Shown here: piece after piece, positions 22,801-34,800 of the stretch | Position numbering within the stretch: the stretch's first letter is position 1 | Layout: each line of letters opens with the position of its first letter | Assembly: GCF_963506605.1 (NCBI RefSeq) | Contig: NC_083283.1 | Coordinates: forward strand, 59,520,001 to 59,584,000 | Source: Zootoca vivipara | Taxonomy: Eukaryota | Direction of reading: 5' to 3' | DNA: 64,000 nt | Notes under the pieces: model-generated | The model's input: only the letters and a program-made list of their open reading frames with translations | Databases searched by the model: none | What the model was told of the DNA's origin: nothing | Program-made: the position numbers and the translations under genes

Positions 22801-25800
22801 GACGGGAGGGTCGGGCAGGCGAGAGGGGGTGGCAGGGCGGGCGAGGGCGAGGCAAGACACGGCCGCAGCCACGACGGCTCCGAGGCGTTGCTGCATATCA
22901 GCATAATATTTCAACCATGGTTCAAGCCCCACCTTAGGAAAAAAATCCTGCATTGCAGGGGGTTGGACTAGATGACCCTTGTGGTCCCTTCCGACTACAA
23001 TTCTATGATTCTATTGATATATTACCATAGCATATGCATCATTCTGCTTTCTTGAATTGTCCTACTCCTAGGCATAGCATCCAACTCCTAGAGGCCTAGG
23101 TGCCCCCCCCCCAATTATTGGTAAATACCGTATTTGAAAGAGTCATCCCCCCATGTTGATGGGCTTTCTATGTGGGGCTTATCTGCCCCCCCCGTATTTT
23201 ATTAAGGATGGAAGAGGGAGGGAAGGAAGGAAGAAATAGAGAGAGAGATAACTCATATTTGTGGGTGTCTCTGGATGACGCTGTGATGCTAGAACTCTGC
23301 AGCAAGAGGACAGGAGGGTCGGGCAGGCGAGAGGGAGTGGAAGGGCGGGCGAGGGCGGGGCAAGGCATGGCCGCAGCCACGACGGCTCCGAGGTGTTGCT
23401 GCATATCAGCATAATATTTCAACCATGGTTCAAGCCCCACCTTAGGAAAAAATCCTGCATTGCAGCGGGTTGGACTAGATGACCCTTGTGGTCCCTTCCG
23501 ACTACAATTCTACGATTCTATTGATATAGTATTACCATACCATATGCATCGTTCTGCTTTCTTGAATTGTCCTACTCCTAGGCATAACAGCCAACACCTA
23601 GAGGCCTAGGTGCCTCTCCCCCCCCCAATTACTGGTAAATACCGTATTTGAAAGAGTCATCCCCCCATGTTGATGGGCTTTCTACCGTGTTTCCCACATT
23701 TTAAGACACCGTCTTATATTTATTTTACCCAAGAAAATAAGCCTATGGCTTATTTTCGGGGGGGTGTCTTTTTAATTTTTTTTTAACTGTAATTACGGCA
23801 GCCAGCGTTGCTGCTGCTGGGTTCCGGAGGCAGCCTGCAGGGTCGGTGCCCAGCTGCGCCGGTGCTGGACACTGGAGAGAGCAGGAGACTGAGCAGCCAC
23901 TGCGGCATCGCGCTGCCAGAGACTCGCAGCCACTGAGGAGCTTGCGGCGCCGGGGCTTGCGGGCGGCTCTCGCCTTTCCGCCCTTTCTCCTGCTCCCGGG
24001 GGAGACGTGGCTTCTATTCCCCATTGCCAAGGAAACAGCCCGGGGGAGAGACGCCAGAGCTGAGGCGCCCCCCGCCCGCGGATCCCACGTGCCGCCGAAA
24101 ACGGCAATGCTTAGGGCCCCCCACTCCTCGCCCGAAGTGGAGTAAGGCCCCCCGAGCGGTCCAGGGCTTGCTTCCGAATGCGCAGGGACAGGACTGCGCT
24201 GTTAAACTCTTTGCAAACTCCTTGCCCAAAAGAAAGCTGTCCTGCAGAGTGCCGGATCGAGGAGCCGGTCTGCAGAGTCAGCGCCCAGCAGCGCGGCGCT
24301 GGATTGAGGAGGCGGTGCTTCGTGCGGAGCTGCTGGGCGCCGACCCGGCAGGCCGCTTCCTCGATCTGGCGGCCTCCCGGGTTGGCGCCCAGCAGCGCCG
24401 CGCGGAGCACCGCCGGTCTGTAGAGTCAGCGCCCAGCAGCACGGCGCTGGATTGAGGAGGCGGTGCTTCGTGCGGAGCTGCTGGGCGCCGACCCGGCAGG
24501 CCGCTTCCTCGATCCGGTGCTCCGCACGGCGCTGCTGGGCGCCCACCCGGGAGGCCGCCGGATCGAGGAAGCGGCCTGCCGGGTCGGCGCCCAGCAGCTC
24601 CGCACGAAGCACCGCCTCCTCAATCCAGCGCCGCGCTGCTGGGCGCTGACTCTGCAGACCGGCTCCTCGATCCGGCACTCTGCAGGACAGCTTTCTTTTG
24701 GGCAAGGAGTTTGCAAAGAGTTTAACAGCGCAGTCCTGTCCCTGCGCATTCGGAAGCAAGCCCTGGACCGCTCGGGGGGCCTTACTCCACTTCGGGCGAG
24801 GAGTGGGGGGCCCTAAGCATTGCCGTTTTCGGCGGCACGTGGGATCCGCGGGCGGGGGGCGCCTCAGCTCTGGCGTCTCTCCCCCGGGCTGTTTCCTTGG
24901 CAATGGGGAATAGAAGCCACGTCTCCCCCGGGAGCAGGAGAAAGGGCGGCAAGGCGAGAGCCGCCTGCAAGCCCCGGCGCCGCAAGCTCCTCAGTGGCTG
25001 CGAGTCTCTGGCAGCGCAATGCCACAGTGGCTGCTCAGTCTCCTCTCTCCCATGCCCAGCGCTGCTGGGAGCCGACCCTGCAGGCATGGCTTATTTTCGG
25101 GGTATGTCTTATATTTTACAAAGGCTTTAAAATCCTGCCATGGCTTATATTATGACTCCGTCTTAAAAAGGGGGAAACACGGTATGTGGGGCTTATCTGC
25201 CCCCCCATATTTTATTAAGGATGGAAGAGGGAGGGAAGGAAGGAAGAAATAGAGAGAGGGATAACTCATATTTGTGGGTGCCTCTGGGTGATGCTGTGAT
25301 GCTGGAACTCTGCATGTACAGGAGCCTTGTAAGCAGCTTTCTCTCTGCTTGATTTACAGCAGGCACGTCCAACAGGTAGATTGTGATCTACCAGTAGATC
25401 ACTGGATGTCTGTGGTAGGTCACTGGCACCCCTAAAAAAAGCTCACCCAAAATTTTCCTCCTCCCTCAAAAAAGTTGAACTATGACCTGAAGCCCTAAAC
25501 AAAAATGGGCCTCCCTCCCTCCTAAAAGAAGCTCAACAAGTTTGACCTAAACCCCCCAAAACAGGGCTTCCCTTCCTTTAAAAAAAACTCAACAGCTTTG
25601 ACCTGAACCCCCCAAAAGGGGGTAGATCACCCCCCGTTTTAAAGTCTGAGTAGATCAGAGTCTCTTGGGAGGTGGCCACCCCTGATTTACAGTATACAGA
25701 TGCAGGAGGAGGGGCAGACTGGAACACCAATGCTTTTTATAAACATCACTGTGTCTGTCAAAGCTACAGCCCCCCCTTTCTTATTCACTTCTTTTTAGCC

Positions 25801-28800
25801 TTGCAGAGCCACCTTAGTCAAATTGAATCCTCTGAGTCTGCACCCTCATTAAATCACCAATAGAACTCTTAATGCTCCTGAATGCTCATTAACAACTCCC
25901 ACTTAAGAACAATAGGGTGAAATGGTCAGCTATCGAATCTTGCCTGGGGATATATGCTCCATTGTCTTAACTGCTTAACTACTGGTAGCCACTTTGCTTT
26001 ATTTATTTGATGTGTTTTTGTTACTGCTGTGCCCCCCCCCCAGCAAGCGGAGACTTAGCTGCTCTTGCTAAAGCAAAGCCCTTTCCACTTCAGTTTTTGG
26101 AGGGGAAAAGTGCTGGTTATGGTCTGTAAAATACATTAATTTTTTTGCTTCTAGGGGGGGCAGCTGCCCCCTCTTGCCCCCCTGCCTACGCCCATGCACT
26201 GGAGAATATATTCCTCATTCAGATCCTGTTTTTCAGATGTTCAGTAATATATAAGAATAGACAAATAGTAGACAAAACCTATGTTGGCACTCCACCACCA
26301 GTAATAAATTAATTTAGCTTATTAATGTGAATGTAATTGAAATAGTTGTCTAAACAGCAGTTTTGCTCATCTCAAGCAGTTCTCTCACATGCTTCTGCTT
26401 TGTCAGTGCAGAATTCTAGTGACTGTGTCTATCCGGAATAACACATGAAGTGTTGTTTCCATTATCGCTCAGGAAATTGAGATTGTTGTGTGGAAACATG
26501 AGGCATGGGATGTTTATTTCTTCTGTTATAACACTGTTTCTGGAAATATCATTAAAGGCTGGTCCATGCATGTGTATATCTCACTAGATATTTCACCTGA
26601 TTTGGCTTAATTTAAGTGTCTATGCTGAGGTGATACAAAACTTCTGCCTGTAGTGTGTGTTCTGTGATGGCAGTACATACAAGTCACTTTTTTAAAAATG
26701 AAACTAAATAGATTTTATTTCAATTAAACATGCTAGCATCTTAGGACAGCCAAGGTAAATAGAACAATCCCAGCAGATAACTAGCCCAGTAATCCAATCA
26801 GCTGAACACAATGCAGTGTGTTAATGACAGTAGAAAGGTACCATGACATGTCACAACACATACTTTTGAAACAGTCTCAGCCAGCTACCATGCACAGCCT
26901 TATGTACAAAGAGAGAAAACCAGTTCTGCCTAAGATCTCAATGGATGCATGCAGACCAAATTGACTGCTGTTTGATCAAAACTGACCAAAGCATGACGCA
27001 CTGTAGTAAATGTGCTTGCAATATGTTGCAATCTCAACTAGAAACCACAAATGAATATTGCTTATATGTTGCACACACAAGTCATAAACTGATTGTGTAG
27101 TTGTCCACCCTTATGCAGCTCTCTAATTATGTCCAGTTACTTATGTGAAGAACTAGTGGCCTCAGATGGTATTGAAGATTGACATCTGCATCAAAATATT
27201 TTTATTTTATTTTAATGGCTTATTGCAAGGAGCTGAAGATGCTGCACATTGTTCCCCCCCATCTCAATTAATCCCTACAACAACCTTGTGAGGTAGCGGT
27301 AGGTTAGGCTGAGAGATGGTAACTGGCCTAAAGTCACCCAGTGAACTTCATGGCTGAGTGGGGATTTGAATCCTGGTCTCCCAACACTCTTAATAATGTA
27401 TCCAGCACTTACATTTTTATGTCCCATAACTGAGCTATGGAAATTATATTTAATATAATTTTAAATTTAATTAAAAATTAGTATATTTGTATCTGCCAAT
27501 CAAACAACATGGAATTTACCTTCCATCTAATAGAAAAACACTATTTTGTTCAGGAACTACCAGCACTTGCTGTGGGAAGTTCTGGATACTTACATCATAT
27601 GGAAGTGTAGAACTAGAATGGGAGCTTTTGACCCACCAGGCAAACCTGGTCCACCAGGCCTTCTCACTTGGCCTGCAAAGCCGTTTTGGGGGAGCCATGT
27701 CCCTGCTCCCCACCCTACACCTGATGTCATACATTTAGTCAGGTGTGGGGCAGGTAAGGGTGGGGTTTCAAAAGAGCAAACAGGAACTTAAAGTGGCCTC
27801 CAGTTTGCTTCTTTGCTAGAACAAGGTGTACTTCCTTCCAGAGGAGTGCAAATTGCTCAAAGAGGGAAAAGCAGCTTCCATCTGATGGAAACCATTTCCC
27901 CGTCCCAACAGTGCTCTTTGAAGGTCCATGTGCAAGCCACTTCAAGCAGCAGCATGGGAGGGGTATGAAAGGGAGAATTCTTTCTTTCCTTCAGTTCTCT
28001 TTCCTGCTGGGGGAGGTAAGAGAAGAAAGCCTTCATTTTAAAATGCTGACCTTTTTTTCAGAGTTCCCTTAGCAAAATGGAGTGCTGAACAAGGCATGCT
28101 CCCAACTGCTCATCAACTGATGGGCAGTAGAATCATACCTTGCTCAATGAAAGAGAAGCAGAAACCACCTCTTCCTTCCAGCACTGTTCTTTGCAGTGCC
28201 CTACATGGGAATGAAGGGGGGAATTCCTGAATTAATACTGTACAGTAATTATATTCTCTCCTGTAAGTTGTACAGGTGTGTTTCTTCTTAAAATCTTTTT
28301 GGTATGCATTATTTTTGGAAGAAAAAAAGTATTGCTTTCCTAAGTCAATAAATATTGAACTCACTGATCTTTCCAACCAGAATAATTTATGGCGTATACA
28401 GAGTGTTCTAATAGTTTCAGGCACTAACCATATATTCCCTTTCTTTTTAATGCTTTCCAATTCTGTGGATGATATATTGACAATCCTTTTCTGCCATTGC
28501 TGTATTTCCATTCCTCAGAAAATCACCTAAGGTAAGTGACTGATCTTTTAAAATACTGTTCCCTATCAAAATAAAGATAATTTGCTCACAATATGTAGCA
28601 TGTTTTTCCACATTCAGTTCAATAGCTTTGCTTTCTAATGGGATTTAGAACCTGCATTATTTCTATCTAAGTTTGTTCTACAACCTGGTGCAGAGAAAAA
28701 GTTTGGAAGTTTCCAGCTCTGGTCTGTCTTTGTAATATGAAATTGATACATTCAAGTATGAATTTTTGACAGTCACATAAGACTGAGGTGCATGTTAAGC

Positions 28801-31800
28801 AGACCTGCTTTGCCAGGCATACATACAGAATTATATGCATTTTACTGAGGGCCGTTTCATATTTCATTGACACAGCGGTAACATACACGTGGTGTAGATT
28901 TGGGACCCAAGGTTGCATGTGTAGGAAGTAGTGTCTCAAATGTATGAAACTATCACCTTAGTGTGATGTTGAATTGCACCCCAGATTGCCATCTTCCACT
29001 AGGAAGTGTTAGGCTCACATAATCTTAGTAACTGCCATATCTTTCCGTGTATAAGACGCCCACCATGTATAAGACATCCCTTATTTTTTAACTCAAAATT
29101 AAGAAAACACCCCTCAGCACTACCTGTGTATAAAACGAGCTCCAATTTCCAACCTAATTTTTTTTTGGGGGGGAGCTAGTCTTATACATGGAAAAATACG
29201 GTATGTCCATGTCCTCCTCTATGTAAGAATGGTAGCCGAGGGTCAAACACAATATATAGCAGGCATGTCAAAAATGCGGCTCTCCAGATGTTTTGGCCTA
29301 CAACTCCCATGATCCCTAGCTAGCAGGACCAGTGGTTGGGGAAGATGGGAATTGTAGTCCAAAACATCTGGAGGGCCACAAGTTTGACATGCCTGATATA
29401 TAGGATATCCATGATCAGATCTCCCAACACTAATTTTGTTTTTTAAATAGCTTTAAAGTGAATTTCCCATTTTTATTGGCACATGAGTTTAGGAGGAAGG
29501 AATTTTTAATCCTTCCCTTTGCACAGTTTTCAAAACCTAAAATAGTCCTGCTAGAAGAGAAATATATAGATACAGTACCTGTATATTTCCTCTAGTAGGG
29601 CTAATAGTAGCTTGGGGGAATTTAGTTTAGAAAATACTGCAGCGGAATAAACACTATTTTATTAGAGCCTAGAGCCAGTACTCTGATAAAAATTGGAGCC
29701 AATCAAAGCTGCATTTAATAAAATGTTTGTGTGTTTCAAAAAATAGTAGTCAGGAGAGCTAATGCCCAATTTCCTGCATTATGTCTGTTTGGCTCTGATA
29801 CATTTTCAGCCTGAAAATAAGGGAAATGGGTTAGATCTTTAGACAATAAACACCTGAACCTCACAACTGACATGAATTTTGAGTAATTTTATCCACTTAA
29901 TGTATTTAAAGAGTGTGCATAGAGAGAATGATATGGAAAGAAGCACTTTAAAAATGTTTATTAAATATGTACAAAATAGTAATAATGTAATGAGCACAGC
30001 TGTCAGAATTCTGATGATAAGAGATATATAATTGCATGCTTTAGTTTGTTGCAGCCTTCTCCAATCTAGTGCCCTCCAGATACTTTGGACTACAACTCCC
30101 TACAACTCACATGGTCAATGATCAGAGGTTATGGGAGTGGTCTACAATGGCTCAGTTCGTATGTCATGGTATGCCACAATTAACTGTGGATTACTTTTAC
30201 TACTGCTGCTGATGGTCACTGGTTAGTTAGTACCTCATATAAGAAGAAACTAGCTGCAAATAATCAGAAAGATCTGGGATTTTTAAAAAGACATTTGAAT
30301 ATAAATGGTTTCTTTTGCAAATTGCAAATGTTGCATTTGCTATTCAAAATGCTGTAAGTTTTCATAGTTTTGGGAAGTTTTTAATTTACTTTTTTGTATT
30401 CATATGCAGGTGTTTGCCTTTGATTACTGCTTCTGGTCTATGGATGAATCAAACACTGCAAAATATGCAGGTATGATTTGTAATTACTACAAGGCTTGGC
30501 TGATGATTTATAAAATTCTACTTCCCTCCCCATGTTTAACAGAACCCACATTTTCCTGCTTTCTCTGTTTACACAGTTATTAATTTTATTTTGAGTTCCA
30601 AGTCCATTGTGATTTGGTTATGTACTTGACAGAAAATCCATGGTTCCCCTGGATTTTGTTAGTGTTTTAGAACCTGTAGATAAACCCACTGTGGGTTGAT
30701 TAGTGCATGTCTGAGTATTCTTTCACTGTGACACACCCTGTCCTTGTAGTCATCTTAATTTTCTAATTATATTTATTCTATTTGGTTTATCCACACTGAA
30801 CTCATGACTTTAGACAATAAAGAAACAGTAGGATGAAGCAACACTGAAACCACCCAGATTGTGTTCATTTCTACATTTCCTTCTCAAAAGGAGTGAGAAG
30901 AGAAAACTATTGTAGCCGAAATATTCATTTGAAATACATCAAAGATTCTGTTAAAAGCAGATTACTTGAAAAATTAATTGGATGGCAGAAATACTGCATC
31001 TGAAATGCTTACTTCAAAGTGCTGCCAATACCTGCTTTTTAGAAGCTGAAGCTTTCTCCTTTATTTCTTTAGACCCATATTTCAAATCTTTCTCTTGTTG
31101 CTAGTTATTGTTAGATGTCGAGGGAAATCAGTTCTTGTTTTGTTATATAATAAAATGGTTTGGCCTTGTAGTTTTTATGTTTCATGAATGCACAAATTAG
31201 TGCTGTTCATTCACAATATTTAAAAAGAGTTTTAAGGAGACACATTGTCAGCATTATTTAATTTAAAAACATAATCCACTTTCTGTATGCATGTGAGAAA
31301 GAAAATACTGGTTTAGACAGAAGGACAGTTATCAAAACAGCACAATTTTATATATATCATAAGGCTCAGAAGTGGATCAATATTTTAGAAGCAGCTGTTC
31401 TGGTAGTGCTACAACAGAATTAGTTGGTATAGGACAACCCAATGCTGTCAAACTCTCTCAAGACAATACTGATAAAAATAGAGGGTTCAATCCAGACTTT
31501 GATGGTAATCAGAATCTTATTTGTAGGGGAGTAAGTGTCATGGAATTTGGCAGCACTGAGTAAAGATGGCCAGGATTGCACTGTAAATCATGCTTTACAT
31601 CCATTGAAATCAGTGCGACTTTTCTAATCATGACTCATACTGTATCTGGATCCAATCAAGTGATTGCAACCTATGTGATTGGTACCAGTACACATATATC
31701 CAATACTCAACCAAACGATGAATTTTATGCCAATGTGGATACAATGGCTTCTATCCAATGCAGCACTAAGTAAGTGGTTTGCCAGTGCAAGGATTTGTGG

Positions 31801-34800
31801 TTGTACAGCAGGACTTCCCCTCCCTCTCCTCCCCCAATATACCCCTTAAATATCATCTGGGGCTTCAACCCCTGGAGTAGACTTGGGGAGGGTGTGGGGT
31901 GTGCATGGGGTAGGAGAAAGGGAAAGTCTCATTGTGCAAGTGGGAATTCTTGCACCGATGAAACACTTAGTGATGCATTGGATACAAGCCAAAAAGTACA
32001 TATCAAGTTGATACTTTTGATATGGTTAGAAAATTATTGTGTTAAAAACTAGATATGGATTTAGATGTCATATTTAAGCAATCTAAGCAAAGTTTTTCAC
32101 AACTGCTTTATTATTATTATTCACTTTTTAAATTGCTTGTAGTGAAAAAACTTAGTTTATTTAATTTTGAGGCTTTGGTTTCTCAATTGTGTATTAAATT
32201 TTGTAGGTCAACAAGTAGTGTTCAAGTGCCTTGGTGAAGGGATTCTTGAGAAGGCCTTTCAGGGGTATAATGCTTGCATTTTTGCCTATGGACAAACAGG
32301 TGAGAGGTTTTTACAAGTGGGGACTTTTTATTGGGCCAGGAGTGCCACTTAACTAATGCCTTTATTCAGCCCGAGCATCTCCTTGAGTGCAGTATTGGAC
32401 TTCTCCTTTGCCACATATTTTTTCTCTCTTGCCTCACATCCCAGTCACTTCTCTTAATATACCTCTTAGCTCAAAACCTAATAGCACTCATGACTGTCTT
32501 CCTATGTTCATCTACCTGAACTTAATAGAGCATACCCCTGAATAAATATACTCAGGATCTGGTTGTAGATCTTTCTGACTTTGAGACAAATGATCAGTAA
32601 ATAGACAAGGCTTCATATCCTTAATCTGAAAAAAACAAGCCCAGTTTCATTAAGGATAATCTTGAACTGTGGGATCAGTACTGTCTATACAGACAGGTTC
32701 CTAATAACAACATTGAAATCTGAGACTATACAGATGCCTTCTCAAACCATTACAGTCATACCTCATGGTACGTCCGCTTCATGTTGCATCTTTTCAGGTT
32801 ACAAACGTGCTGAACCCGGACTTCCAGGTTTGGCGCGTCCGTAACCTGCGCACATGTGCAGAAGCGCCACATTGTGTCACGCGTGTGCGCAGATGCGGCG
32901 CTTCATGTTGCGGCCTTTTCATGTTGTGAACGGGCCACCGGAATGGATTCCGTTCGCAACATAAGGTACCACTGTATGCTTTGGTTGTGTACGCATAATC
33001 TAATGAACTTAGTTCAGAAGAGGAGAGCACCAGTTTTTGTGCTATGACAGTTGCATGCTCATTTTTGTACATTTGCAAATAGTTCAGAAGAACTGAGAGC
33101 TCCACTTGAAATATTCCTCTAAACACTATTAAATATAGCAAGACATGCATTTGATGAAAATTCACAAAGTTAAGTCATGTGCAGGCGACAAGGTGCCAGC
33201 TTTTTCTTTTACTTGTTTTTCATATGCTTTCCATAAAAGAATCATCTATATATTTTCACAACATATTTGTTAAACTAAATAACTTGACATTCATAAGGTG
33301 GACAGATGAGGATGAGAAAGCAATCTGTACTGTCATCATCATATACACTAATGCCATTGTGAGTTGTCTTGTGTTTGTAGAGCTAGAGTCAAAATTGCAC
33401 CACCTGTGTACAAAAGAAGAGGCATCAGCATGCTCAGAGTAACCCTGAGGTTTGCAGATATGAAAAAATGGCTTAGGATAGTCCTGCAGTGTGGTTCATA
33501 TTATATGCTGCAGTTCAGCCTCTAAGTCGTTTGTGGTATTGTCTAGAGCAGTAGTTACTGATCTTTTCAGACCTGGGACCCACCTTTAATCGAAACATGC
33601 ATTTGGGGACCCATTTCTTAATATTTTGCCATATATTTAAATAGTGGTTGTGATGTTTTTGCAACCCACCTTAGATCAGGCTGTTCTGACCCATCAGTTG
33701 AAGGCTAATAATATGACACCCCTATGGAAGGTTGGTTGTTGGGCTGAAGCAGAGAATCATTATCCTCATTGCAGATTTGGCTGAGAGAGTAGTATACAAT
33801 AATCCTGTAGCATAGTTCACTGTAACATCCCTGTTGTAGGTTGAAGGGTTGTGCTGAGAGAGCAGCTTCCAGCAGCCCTTATAGTGTAGGCCACTGCTAA
33901 TGTTGTAGGCCAGAGGTGGGACTTCTTAACTTGCCCCTCACAGACTTCTTCCCAGGTCAAATCCAGCACATAGGCCAAACCAAATACTTAATCGCATGGA
34001 GAACCCTTAATTGCATGCTCCATTGACTTACATCCAAACTGGCTTCACTTTTTGTAGGAAAATATCTGAAATTGCAAGGAGAGCTTTTATAATACATGTT
34101 TATTTTCTATATTCTGTTTTAGGCTCCGGAAAATCCTTCTCAATGATGGGCAATGCAGAACAACTGGGTCTGATCCCACGGCTCTGCTGTGCATTATTTC
34201 AAAGAATCACTTCAGAAGAAAACGATTCACACACTTTTAAAGTTGAAGTGTCCTATATGGAGATCTATAATGAGAAGGTCAGAGATTTACTGGACCCTAA
34301 AGGGTAAGGAACTTGTTTTCAGTGTTGATCAACACAACAGGTTAGGAATGAGAGTATATTTTGTGCACTGAGACCAAAACTATACATGATTGCTTTAAAT
34401 GTGACTGTCCCTCAGAGGTGTGGGAAGGTTGTGATTTAAAGGACCAGAGTTTGTACTGAAGCCTTTTCTGACAACAACATTCCCACTTGCAGCCCTTTTC
34501 CTCCAGGAGTTCTCTCCCCACCACCAACCAGGCTCACTTCTGCTATCGGAGCTCAGTAGAGATAAAAATGTTTGAAGGGGTCAACTTTGGAATTAAAAGT
34601 AGTGGGTGGGGGGAGGAAAGAGGAGATTCAGCTCCCTTTATCTGCATGCTTCAAATAGCACATCACCACCCATCAGGCAGACCCCGTCAGTCCCATAAGG
34701 TTATCATCTGTTGCTTCCATGTGTAGTGTGAACTTGACTGCTCTTACTAGAGAGAGCTATATTTACCAAAGTGAAATGCCAACCATCCATGATTGGTGGT

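Larger units (their letters stand above)
22597..26196. mobile_element. hAT non-autonomous composite element B (3600 bp), same termini as element A
   Basis: Perfect 8-bp TSD CACTGGAG (22589-22596, 26197-26204); TIR CAGGGGCGTAG / CTACGCCCATG; first ~150 bp and last ~50 bp homologous to element A. Confidence 0.9.

Noticed and set aside
24024-24903. Identical proteins encoded on opposite strands ([10 protein letters not shown]...) as a gene pair
   Set aside because: A by-product of the DNA palindrome; non-ATG starts and no recognisable domain.
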